A DNA stretch of 64,000 nucleotides from positions 1 to 64,000 of the forward strand of contig DATMBG010000008.1 in NCBI GenBank assembly GCA_035559535.1. Direction: 5' to 3'. The notes below the pieces were generated by a model. That model saw nothing but the letters and a program-made list of their open reading frames with translations, was not told the origin of the DNA and did not search any database. The translations under genes and the position numbers were made by a program. Source of the stretch: Candidatus Limnocylindrales bacterium. GTDB lineage: Bacteria > Moduliflexota > Moduliflexia > Moduliflexales > JAUQPW01. Below are positions 31,455-40,584 of this stretch, piece after piece (the first letter of the stretch is position 1; each line of letters starts with the position of its first letter).

Positions 31455-33596
31455 TTAAGCTAAACCCAGTGCAGTAATAATGATATCGATGAGCTTGATT
31501 CCTACGAAGGGAATGATAATGCCTCCAAATCCATAAATTAGAATATTGCGTCGGAGTAGGGCGGTTGTACCTATAGGGCGATACTTAATACCGTGTAATG
31601 CAAGCGGAATGAGTGCAACGATAATCAGTGCATTAAATATTACTGCCGATAGAATGGCGGACTCTGGGGTCGCGAGTTGCATGATATTGAGTGCGGAAAG
31701 CGGACCTGCTTTCTCGCCTGCTCTGGCATATAGCGTTGAGAACATGGCCGGAATAATCGCAAAGTATTTAGCCACATCGTTGGCGATGGAGAAGGTTGTG
31801 AGCGCACCGCGGGTTATGAGAAGTTGCTTGCCGATCTCGACGATTTCAATGAGCTTGGTTGGATTAGAATCAAGGTCTACCATATTACCTGCTTCTCTGG
31901 CTGCCATTGTGCCGGTATTCATGGCCACACCAACATCTGCCTGGGCCAAAGCGGGTGCATCGTTAGTCCCGTCTCCAATCATGGCGACCAGTTTACCCTG
32001 AGCTTGCTCCCGACGAATAAGATCCATTTTGTCCTCCGGCCTGGCTTCGGCCAGGAAATCATCAACTCCTACCTCACGTGCAATGGACGCTGCCGTTAGC
32101 CTGTTATCTCCTGTGATCATAACCGTTTTGATACCCATCCTTCTTAAATGCTCGATACGTTCTTTTATACCACCTTTTACAAGGTCCTTCAGATAGATAA
32201 CACCAAGTATCCGATGGGTATCAGCAACCACCAGAGGTGTTCCTCCTGCCCTTGAGATACGCTCGATCAGGTTTTTAAGTTCAGGATGTACGATGCCACC
32301 TCTGGATTGTAGGAAGGCTATAATAGCATCGGGCGCGCCTTTGCGAATTTGACGCCCATCCTTTAAATCAATACCGGACATTCGGGTCTGTGCAGAGAAA
32401 GGGATGAAATGTGCTTCACCGGGTGCCAGCTTCCGGGCTCGCAGATTATACCTGGTTTTTGCAAGCACAACGATGGAGCGTCCTTCAGGTGTTTCATCTG
32501 AGAGGCTGGCCAGTTGTGCGGCGTCCGCCAGTTCCTTTTCTGTAACTCCGGGTAGTGGAATGAATTCAGTTGCCTGCCGATTACCCAGGGTGATAGTACC
32601 TGTCTTGTCTAGCAAGAGCGTACTTACATCACCTGCTGCTTCCACCGCACGCCCAGACATGGCCAATACGTTTTTCTGAATCAATCGATCCATACCTGCA
32701 ATACCGATGGCCGGCAGCAGTCCGCCGATCGTCGTGGGAATTAAGCAGACCAGTAAGGCAACTAATACCATAATTGAAGGGGGTTCGGCGGAAGCAAAAC
32801 CATTGGCAGCCTTTACTACATGGATGCTGTAAAGGGCATAGGGAAGTAAGGTCATGACAGCAAGGAGAAAGATAATCGTGAGTCCGGCCAGTAAGATATT
32901 CAATGCGATCTCATTGGGTGTTTTCTGACGCTCTGCCCCTTCAACCAATGCAATCATACGATCCAGGAAAGTCTCTCCGGGGTTCGCCGTGATACGTACT
33001 TTAATCCAATCAGATAGCACCCGAGTCCCCCCGGTAACCGCCGAGCGATCCCCCCCTGACTCGCGTATGACCGGTGCACTTTCACCAGTAATGGCCGATT
33101 CATCCACAGATGCAACCCCTTCGATGACTTCCCCATCGGCCGGTATAAGTTCTCCAGCCCTTACCAATACCACATTACCCTTACGCAATTTAGATGCAGG
33201 AACCTGTTCGGTTTGGATGCCTTGTATTCCCTGATCCACATCTTGTACGATAAGGTTGGCAATGGTCTCCGCCTTCGCCTTGCGAAGTGTATCAGCCTGG
33301 GCTTTACCACGCCCTTCAGCCATGGCTTCTGCAAAGTTAGCAAAAAGTACCGTGAACCAAAGCCATACGGTCACCTGTACGGTGAAACGCAAGTGACCGG
33401 TATCGCCTATAATAATGTCGCGAAGGATCAGCAGCGTCGTAAGTACACTACCAACCTCGACGACAAACATCACAGGGTTATGGGCAACCTGTCGCGGATC
33501 TAACTTTATAAATGAATCTTTAATAGCCCGTTTGACTATCGGTAGGTCAAATAGAGGTCTTTTTTGTACTTTTTCTGCCATAACTAAAAAAGTCAT
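31455..33596 (-). CDS. kdpB: K+-transporting P-type ATPase subunit B
   Basis: [31 protein letters not shown] motifs. Confidence 0.97.
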   Translation of the reverse strand: MTFLVMAEKVQKRPLFDLPIVKRAIKDSFIKLDPRQVAHNPVMFVVEVGSVLTTLLILRDIIIGDTGHLRFTVQVTVWLWFTVLFANFAEAMAEGRGKAQADTLRKAKAETIANLIVQDVDQGIQGIQTEQVPASKLRKGNVVLVRAGELIPADGEVIEGVASVDESAITGESAPVIRESGGDRSAVTGGTRVLSDWIKVRITANPGETFLDRMIALVEGAERQKTPNEIALNILLAGLTIIFLLAVMTLLPYALYSIHVVKAANGFASAEPPSIMVLVALLVCLIPTTIGGLLPAIGIAGMDRLIQKNVLAMSGRAVEAAGDVSTLLLDKTGTITLGNRQATEFIPLPGVTEKELADAAQLASLSDETPEGRSIVVLAKTRYNLRARKLAPGEAHFIPFSAQTRMSGIDLKDGRQIRKGAPDAIIAFLQSRGGIVHPELKNLIERISRAGGTPLVVADTHRILGVIYLKDLVKGGIKERIEHLRRMGIKTVMITGDNRLTAASIAREVGVDDFLAEARPEDKMDLIRREQAQGKLVAMIGDGTNDAPALAQADVGVAMNTGTMAAREAGNMVDLDSNPTKLIEIVEIGKQLLITRGALTTFSIANDVAKYFAIIPAMFSTLYARAGEKAGPLSALNIMQLATPESAILSAVIFNALIIVALIPLALHGIKYRPIGTTALLRRNILIYGFGGIIIPFVGIKLIDIIITALGLA

Positions 33597-33640
33597 CAGT
33601 GCTGAGTGATAAACTTTTTATTTTCACTCCGCATTCATGA

Positions 33641-35419
33641 CTAAAATAAAGTTCCCGCTTTCATCAGGAAATGTTCCACAAGGGGTCCGAGGGCCAGCAT
33701 CGGAAGGAATGTTAAGGCACCGACAATCAAAATGACCCCCATAACCAGTCCAATGAACAGAGGCGTGTCAACAGGAAACGTGCCTGCTGAAGGAGGTATG
33801 ATTTTCTTACTTGCCAGGTTGCCTGCTATGGCCATCATGGGGATGATCATAAAAAATCGCCCAATGAACATAGCCAGTCCCAGTGTCGTGTTATACCAGA
33901 GTGTGTTGGCTGAAAGTCCGGCGAAGGCTGATCCGTTATTGCCTGTTGCTGATGTGAAAGCGTAAACGATCTCTGAGAGACCGTGTGGTCCGGTATTACC
34001 GACCCTTGAAGTCCCATAATCCACGACGCTGGACCAAGCCGAGAAAATCATTATGGACAAGGCAGAGCTAAGAACATAAAGCATGGCCATCTTTACCTCT
34101 TTAGCCTCAATTTTCTTACCCAGGTACTCTGGGGTACGCCCTACCATCAACCCGGCGATGAAAACCGTCAATACCATCATCACCAATATCCCATATAGTC
34201 CTGAACCTACGCCTCCAAAGATAACTTCACCTAACATCATATTCAACAGCAGTATCATTCCGCCTAAAGGAGTATAAGAGTCGTGCATGGAGTTGACTGC
34301 ACCGCATGAAGCATCAGTTGTTATCGTAGCAAAGAGTGTGGAGTTCAGGATGCCAAAACGAACTTCCTTTCCTTCCATATTCCCCCCTGCCTGTAGATCT
34401 GTAACGGCCTGTGTCACCCCGTAGGAACTAAGGGTTGGGTTACCCTGAGCTTCAAAGTAGTAGGTAACAAAGAAGCCTGACAGGAAAAGGATGACCATTA
34501 TTACAAAAACAGCCCAACCGTGTTTTTGATGACTGGTCATCTGACCAAGGGTATAGGTGAGACCAGAGCTGATAGCGAAAATGGCAAGCATCTCTATGAA
34601 ATTCGATAAGGGGGTTGGGTTCTCAAAGGGATGAGCCGAGTTGGCGTTGAAAAAGCCACCGCCATTCGTACCAAACTGCTTGATGATTTCTTGAGAGGCA
34701 ACCGGCCCCTGGGCAATGATCTGTTCGGTTATTGTTTCGACTGTTTTTGTACCATCATCACCGACCTTCTCAATCTGTTGCGGCTCAACAAGTGTAACCT
34801 TTGTGTAAGGACTAAAATTTTGAACTACACCCTGGGAGACCAGCGCAAGCGCGCCTATGAGGCAGAACGGAAGCAGCACATAGAGCGTACAACGGGTAAG
34901 ATCCACCCAGAAATTGCCGATTGTATTAGTTTGACATCGGGCGATCCCACGAATGAAGGCAATGGCTAAGGCAATTCCTGTGGCTGCAGATACGAAGTTA
35001 TGGAAGGTAAGCCCGACCATCTGCACCAAATAACTCATGGTAGACTCACCCGAATAGGCTTGCCAATTCGTGTTGGTTGTGAAACTGACAGCCGTATTAA
35101 AAGCCAGATCCGGAGCCACACCGATAAATTCCTGTGGATTAAGGGGTAGATAGTATTGAAGTCTCTGAAGACCGTAAAGAACCAGGAGTCCAACCCAACT
35201 GAAAAGTAGCATGGCTGCTGTGTAAGCAGTCCAGTGCTGCTCTTGTCGCTCATCCACCCCGCAGATCCTATATATTAGTTTCTCGAGTGGACTGAAGAAT
35301 TTATCCATGAATGTTCGCTCACCCGAGAAAACTTTAGCCATGTACACGCCAAGTGGTTTGGTTATGGCCAGTAAAACTAAGATATAAATCGTAAGCTGCA
35401 AAAATCCATTAAGCGTCAT
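33641..35419 (-). CDS. kdpA: K+-transporting ATPase subunit A
   Basis: FNTAVSFTTNTNWQAYSGE, GTNGGGFF..NSAHPFENP, GLMVGRTPEYLGKKIE, NNGSAFAG. Confidence 0.97.
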   Translation of the reverse strand: MTLNGFLQLTIYILVLLAITKPLGVYMAKVFSGERTFMDKFFSPLEKLIYRICGVDERQEQHWTAYTAAMLLFSWVGLLVLYGLQRLQYYLPLNPQEFIGVAPDLAFNTAVSFTTNTNWQAYSGESTMSYLVQMVGLTFHNFVSAATGIALAIAFIRGIARCQTNTIGNFWVDLTRCTLYVLLPFCLIGALALVSQGVVQNFSPYTKVTLVEPQQIEKVGDDGTKTVETITEQIIAQGPVASQEIIKQFGTNGGGFFNANSAHPFENPTPLSNFIEMLAIFAISSGLTYTLGQMTSHQKHGWAVFVIMVILFLSGFFVTYYFEAQGNPTLSSYGVTQAVTDLQAGGNMEGKEVRFGILNSTLFATITTDASCGAVNSMHDSYTPLGGMILLLNMMLGEVIFGGVGSGLYGILVMMVLTVFIAGLMVGRTPEYLGKKIEAKEVKMAMLYVLSSALSIMIFSAWSSVVDYGTSRVGNTGPHGLSEIVYAFTSATGNNGSAFAGLSANTLWYNTTLGLAMFIGRFFMIIPMMAIAGNLASKKIIPPSAGTFPVDTPLFIGLVMGVILIVGALTFLPMLALGPLVEHFLMKAGTLF

Positions 35420-35596
35420 AAGGTAGAAGAGAGAAGAGGTTGGAACCTAAAAGCTAGAAAACCCTATTTTAGCTCCAACTTCTTGATTTCTCAACTCCAT
35501 TAGCTTGAAAAGATTGTCTGATGAAGTAGAGGTACTCCTTGTGATCGTCCTTAAACAGGACAGTTACAGAGGATTACTCCTACCGTGTAGGAGTCG

Positions 35597-35686
35597 TTAG
35601 AATTTTTCTGGCTTGAGCAGAGCAAATATCAGATACACCCATAAGCCCAGAGCTATAATGCCGCTTATGATATATTCCCAGTTCAT
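35597..35686 (-). CDS. kdpF: K+-transporting ATPase subunit F (29 aa, not in the ORF track)
   Basis: Hand translation MNWEYIISGIIALGLWVYLIFALLKPEKF*: single TM with the YL..ALL.PEKF end typical of KdpF, upstream of kdpA. Confidence 0.92.
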   Translation of the reverse strand: MNWEYIISGIIALGLWVYLIFALLKPEKF

Positions 35687-35788
35687 CTGAAACTTGGTTC
35701 AAAGATCCTGGATATCCATTATCCAAAGAACTCGTCACCCCCCTAAACATGAGAATAAAAGTCGATTTACCCATTTAATTAGGAACCA

Positions 35789-37507
35789 TTATCCATAAAT
35801 AATCAGCTTGATTTCTTCGGGAAGTTGCCGGGCCACCTGATCGATGACATCTCCTTTGAGGGCTTTAATCAGTTTACTTCGGACTGAGCCTCCCAGGATG
35901 AGATAATCAACTCCAAGGGTTGCTGCCTGATCTAAGATTACCTCTGCCGGGGCATTGCTTACGGCGTATAGAGGAACAATTTTAACTCCCTGGCTTAAGG
36001 CCTGGGTCGTTGCAAAAATATGCTGAGCTTCTTTATCTATACCGGATGGGGTCTCAGTGCTTAGTACAGGAACGGCAATTTCCTTCACAAAGAGCACGTA
36101 GAGGATTGCCTGACGAAATCGAGCTTCTTCGATAGCGAACCGTAAGGTATCTGTAACGCCGCGAACTGCCACGAGGATGGAAGTTGCCGGTTTCCTTGAA
36201 ATAACCCCAGGGACTATTGCAGGTGTTACGATAGCTTCTTTTCTTCTTTTCTCGTAGGTTTTGGCACCCGCTCTTAAACCCAACCCCACACCCAGGATAC
36301 TGACCGCAAAGGTGAGGGCATTGCGTTTTTCATAGGCAATGGTGGTCTCGATGAGGATCATCAGGACAAAGGTTATGAACATGACGGTTCGTTCTAACTT
36401 GGAGAGATTCAGCCTGAGATTGGTGGAACAGGCTCCGAGGTTAATGGTAATGGCTCCAACGACTCCAATGGCATAGAGAGCGGCGAGGCGGGTCAAATCG
36501 TGTTCGATTAAAAGAACGAGAATTGGTAGGCCGGTAGCAACAAGGAGGGGCGCCCAGGGTACACCATATCGGTTAAGTTGCCTAAAGATCTGGGGCATTT
36601 CTCCATCGGTGGACATCATATAAAAAATGGCGATCAGGTCTACAATAGCAGTATTACATGCCGAAAGTAGAAGGAGTGCGAATACCATACTAACGACTCC
36701 GGCAAAATGTTCTCCCACATAATACTCGCCCAGATAGCGAAGCATATCTTCTGTATGGTCGGATAGATTGGGGACTGCATGCATAGCCAGTCCTAGGGCA
36801 GTGGTAAAGAGGGTAACTTCCAGTAACACGGGCAAGATGGCCCTACGGGCAGTTTTGTAAACACAAGGATTATCTTCAGTACTTCCAGGATCCAGCTTCA
36901 TCACACCGGTCATGTTAGCAATGGCTTCCACTCCAGAGAGGGCCAGCACAATTCCTACAAAATTAAACCAATTTCCCAATATACCCCCTTGAGGAGGCTC
37001 CAGATGAACAAATCTCAAATGAGGAAAAGCGAACCCTACCAGGATAGCGACCGTAAGGACTGTTGGAACTGCCAAGAATATCGCAACTCCTCCGCTATGT
37101 CTGGGTCCGAAGATATTTAAAAGACCCAGCAGAAGAAGGGATCCAATGGCCCACCAGGCTGGATGTTCTAATTCAAGGTAGTGAAATGCGTCGAGACTGC
37201 TCAAAGAAGCCGTTACCACGTAATCGGCCGTAAGGAGGAGGGCTCCAATAACGGCCAGGGTACGGGAACGATGCCGTACGGAAGAATAAACACCTCCTCC
37301 GTCTGGATAGTATTTACAAATCCAGATGTAGTTGATTCCAACGATGGCGGTTAAGGTAGCCATAGCCAGAATCAGGTAAAAAGAAGAGTATCCGGCTAAG
37401 GCAAAGGCAATTCCTGTTACATAAGCTTTACTGGTTCCCCAGTCTCCGTAGAGCATGGCTGCCGCTCGGGCTGAGGTTACATTACGCGGACGTTTAAGAA
37501 AAACCAT
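35789..37507 (-). CDS. APC-superfamily (KimA/Kup-like) probable K+ transporter with C-terminal USP-like domain
   Basis: TM1 YGDWGTSKAY (Kup-like GD.GTS..Y), YPDGGGVY, ADYVVT, SGVEAIAN, LYAIGV; many TM segments; USP-like tail ILVAVRG...DYLILGGS...GDV. Confidence 0.8.
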   Translation of the reverse strand: MVFLKRPRNVTSARAAAMLYGDWGTSKAYVTGIAFALAGYSSFYLILAMATLTAIVGINYIWICKYYPDGGGVYSSVRHRSRTLAVIGALLLTADYVVTASLSSLDAFHYLELEHPAWWAIGSLLLLGLLNIFGPRHSGGVAIFLAVPTVLTVAILVGFAFPHLRFVHLEPPQGGILGNWFNFVGIVLALSGVEAIANMTGVMKLDPGSTEDNPCVYKTARRAILPVLLEVTLFTTALGLAMHAVPNLSDHTEDMLRYLGEYYVGEHFAGVVSMVFALLLLSACNTAIVDLIAIFYMMSTDGEMPQIFRQLNRYGVPWAPLLVATGLPILVLLIEHDLTRLAALYAIGVVGAITINLGACSTNLRLNLSKLERTVMFITFVLMILIETTIAYEKRNALTFAVSILGVGLGLRAGAKTYEKRRKEAIVTPAIVPGVISRKPATSILVAVRGVTDTLRFAIEEARFRQAILYVLFVKEIAVPVLSTETPSGIDKEAQHIFATTQALSQGVKIVPLYAVSNAPAEVILDQAATLGVDYLILGGSVRSKLIKALKGDVIDQVARQLPEEIKLIIYG

Positions 37508-37600
37508 ATTGTTTTAACTAAAGTCGCTCGCAGAGGTGGATATATCCCAGCGACAAAACAAGAAAGGTAAAAATTAAAGTTATAAAAATGAAGTCAAGCA

Positions 37601-38326
37601 TTATTCCTCCAAATCCGATACGGTACCTTTAGGGATGATCTTTTCATCCCCCCACGCTATATCTTCCCGGCTTCGACCGAAAGTACGAAGTTCATAAAGC
37701 CTTCGCATATTTTGTTGAGCCGGTTCGTAATACCGGTTGAGTTCTATGGCTTTACCGTAGAATTTGCGTGCCTCCTTTTCCCGGCCCTGGAGTTCATGCA
37801 GGATACCTATGAGATTAAAGATCTCAGGATCGGAGGTACGTAGGGCCACGGTTGCCGTAAGTAAGAACTCCGCCTTTGAAAAATTCCCGCTTCTTAAAGC
37901 CTGTCTGGCTAAGGCTAAGATGGCATCTATCCCTTCTACCTCTTCGGCTTGAGTCAAATTTCTTTCGGTGAGCGCTCGAGCTACCGTGGTTCGGACGATC
38001 TCTGGAGTCACCGGTTTCTCAAGGAACTCGATAGCCCCCAGTTTCATGGCTTCGACCACATTCGGCACCGAACCATAAGCCGTTAAAATGATAACTGCAG
38101 GTGCAGCTTCCATTTTCTTCAATCTTTTTAAGATTTCCATCCCACTTAATACCGGTATGGAGAGGTCCAGCAGGATAATGTCAGGTGCTTGACGTTTGAT
38201 AACCTCTAAAGCCTCTTGACCATGGGTAGCCTCCTCGACTTGATAACCTTCTAACTCCAGACAAGTCCGCAACATGAGTCGAATGTTACTTTCATCCTCT
38301 ACAATAAGAATGCGTTGACCTGTCAT
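37601..38326 (-). CDS. Response regulator: receiver + TPR-like C-terminal domain
   Basis: ILIVEDE, LLDLSIP, FLEKP; PEIFNLIGILHELQG...A...YGKAIELN..Y.PA..N TPR pattern. The start at 38326 excludes the repeat-encoded extension in the track. Confidence 0.85.
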   Translation of the reverse strand: MTGQRILIVEDESNIRLMLRTCLELEGYQVEEATHGQEALEVIKRQAPDIILLDLSIPVLSGMEILKRLKKMEAAPAVIILTAYGSVPNVVEAMKLGAIEFLEKPVTPEIVRTTVARALTERNLTQAEEVEGIDAILALARQALRSGNFSKAEFLLTATVALRTSDPEIFNLIGILHELQGREKEARKFYGKAIELNRYYEPAQQNMRRLYELRTFGRSREDIAWGDEKIIPKGTVSDLEE

Positions 38327-38343
38327 ATAGAATCCGTGTATGG

Positions 38344-38475
38344 ATGAAAGTATGGAGGTATGGGGGTGTGGGAGTGGGGAAGTATGGAAGTGTAAGGGAG
38401 TATAATCCAATATTTTTCACCTCCACCCTCCCACACCTTCCCCACTCCCACACCCCCATACCTCCATACTTTCAT
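38344..38475. repeat. Perfect 39-bp inverted repeat made of octamer units
   Basis: ATGAAAGTATGGAGGTATGGGGGTGTGGGAGTGGGGAAG (38344-82) is the exact reverse complement of 38437-38475. Confidence 0.9.
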
Positions 38476-38508
38476 GGATACTAAAGGTTTGATAATAGAC
38501 GGCAAATC

Positions 38509-40344
38509 TTATGGAGGTTGTTGGTCGGCCCGTCGAAGCGTAAAACTAAAGGCGGTACCTTCCCCTTCCCGGCTTTGACATTCCATTTTACCGCCGTGGG
38601 CTTCAATGATTTCTTTGGCGATGGCCAATCCTAACCCGGCACCCTCCGTAGTCCCCTGACCCGGAACCCGAAAGAATTTATCAAAAACCCGGGGTAAATA
38701 GTGTTCTGGTATGCCTATGCCGGTATCTGATACCGAAAAGCGAACGGTTTTTTCTTCTGGATGGACTTCCACTTGAACCCTCCCTCCTGCCGGCGTATAT
38801 TTGAGTGCATTGGACAATAGATTCGCTAAAACAAGGCCTATCCGTGTAGGATCCGCCCATACATCGGGGGTCTCGGGATGGATATGGATATCAAGGGATA
38901 TTCCACGATCTTGAAAGGCAGCCTGGATGGGATCAACCGCTTTATAGATAATCTCTCGTGGCTTCATCTTTTGGAGATCCATTCGCACGCGACCGGATTC
39001 AATGCGGCTAAGATCCAGCAGATTCTCGATGATCTGGCGGAGTCGATCACTATCTTCCTGGGCTGCTACCAATAACTCAATCTGCTTGGAGGTAAGAGTC
39101 CCGATCTTTTCCTCCAACAGGAGATGAATAGCCATTTGTATGGAAGTCAGTGGGGTTCTCAGTTCATGGGATACTGTCGAGAGAAGGTCGCTCTTAAGCT
39201 CATCCAGCTTCCGTAAGCGGGTAATATCTACGAGGACGATGACAATTCCAGCTGGTCGTTTTTCCTCATCCAAAACTTGAACCACTTGGGGTAAGAAGAA
39301 GCGCTCCTGTCCATCATCGAAGATCTGGATGGCAGATTCATAACCTTTCTGTTGGACAACAGGACCTTCCTGGGCTGCTGCAAATAGAGCTGGTAGCCAG
39401 GAGGCTGGGTAATGGGTGACCTGGTCCCCGGGTTTGAGTTTGAATAAAAGAGTAGCCGTCCGATTAACCATTTCTACCTGACCTTCTGAACTGAGCACAA
39501 TTACGGCATCTGGTAAACCATCGAGGGCTTGTTGCATCGTTCTCTGGGTCCGCAAAAGGCGGGCCCGCACTCCACGACGGAACTCGCGCAGGCGCGATGC
39601 CATGGCATTAAATGCCTCTGCTAATTGGCCAAGCTCATCCCGTGATCGAACCTGTACGACTAAATCGAGATTACCCTGTTCAATCTCCCGAACGGATTGA
39701 GTCAGCGTTTTAACCGACGATAAAATGGATCTTCCCATGAAAACCACAAAAACCACCGCAAGAGTTGCACCGGTAAATAATAGCCCATACATTCGCTGGA
39801 TGGCCTGAGCAGCAATCTCTTTGGCCCGATCACTGGCGGCTACCATAGCTTCCTGATTCATTTGCAAAATCTCATCGGTGATGTTTTTAATCTGCTCAAA
39901 GAGGGGGAGGAAGAGGTTGAAATAAATGTTTTGGCGTTCTGTAAGGGAACGATGCGGGTCGAATACCTGAGGATACTCGGTCATGTACTTCTCATAAAGG
40001 TTTCGTAATCGCTCCACCTTTTCCCCTTCACCTGGTAGGGTAATGTTATGAAGTTCAACGTCCAACGCCTGTTCGAATCGGGATATACTTTGAAGACTGA
40101 GTTCACGGCCTTTATCCATCTGCCCCAAAAGGGAGAATTGCACCCCATCGTCCATCCCTCCTATGGACTCTTTCATCTGTTGAGCGGCAATAATACTTCG
40201 ATAATTCTCTCGTAAAATCACATCGATCGACTGACCCAGTCTGGAGAGTAGAAAAACACTCTGACCCCCGATGATGATCATAATGACTAAAAGTCCACCG
40301 AATCCGATAATCAGTTTTTGACGAAGTCCAAGAACAAATTTCAT
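38509..40344 (-). CDS. Membrane sensor histidine kinase (2 TM, HAMP, PAS, HisKA, HATPase; KinB-like layout)
   Basis: Two hydrophobic segments, DELGQLAEAFNAM HAMP, SHELRTPLTSI, NLLSNALKY, DTGIGI, GAGLGL; GAGGAGG RBS. Confidence 0.93.
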   Translation of the reverse strand: MKFVLGLRQKLIIGFGGLLVIMIIIGGQSVFLLSRLGQSIDVILRENYRSIIAAQQMKESIGGMDDGVQFSLLGQMDKGRELSLQSISRFEQALDVELHNITLPGEGEKVERLRNLYEKYMTEYPQVFDPHRSLTERQNIYFNLFLPLFEQIKNITDEILQMNQEAMVAASDRAKEIAAQAIQRMYGLLFTGATLAVVFVVFMGRSILSSVKTLTQSVREIEQGNLDLVVQVRSRDELGQLAEAFNAMASRLREFRRGVRARLLRTQRTMQQALDGLPDAVIVLSSEGQVEMVNRTATLLFKLKPGDQVTHYPASWLPALFAAAQEGPVVQQKGYESAIQIFDDGQERFFLPQVVQVLDEEKRPAGIVIVLVDITRLRKLDELKSDLLSTVSHELRTPLTSIQMAIHLLLEEKIGTLTSKQIELLVAAQEDSDRLRQIIENLLDLSRIESGRVRMDLQKMKPREIIYKAVDPIQAAFQDRGISLDIHIHPETPDVWADPTRIGLVLANLLSNALKYTPAGGRVQVEVHPEEKTVRFSVSDTGIGIPEHYLPRVFDKFFRVPGQGTTEGAGLGLAIAKEIIEAHGGKMECQSREGEGTAFSFTLRRADQQPP

Positions 40345-40373
40345 ATCCTCCTCGCTTTTAATTCTTACTTAAG

Positions 40374-40390
40374 AGCAACGGGTATGCCAG
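40374..40390 (-). promoter_or_regulatory. Sigma54 (-24/-12) promoter
   Basis: Minus strand CTGGCATACCCGTTGCT = GG-N10-GC with TGGCA and TTGC, 30 bp upstream of the kinase ATG and directly downstream of a sigma54 activator gene. Confidence 0.85.
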
Positions 40391-40584
40391 TTTAGGGTGG
40401 ACTGGTAACCCATTTTATTATAAAGTCTTATGAATTTTCTAAATCCGGACAAGAATTCCCCGGGCGTGCAAAATGCCGGAATGGGAGTTTAAAGACCCTG
40501 AAAAATGTAGGGTGAAACCGAAAACGATGATGAGCCGTGAGGAGAGGGACGGCAGGTAGCTTTTAGGAGGGTCATCTCCCCAAC

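Noticed and set aside
35580-35774. 64-aa minus-strand ORF in the track
   Set aside because: It overlaps the clear kdpF in another frame and has no recognisable features.
35420-37600. c-di-AMP (ydaO) riboswitch ahead of kdp or the KimA-like gene
   Set aside because: I could not find the conserved GCUGAAUC / GGGGUGAA / UCAGCUAAC segments; only short generic hairpins are present. An Infernal scan would be decisive.
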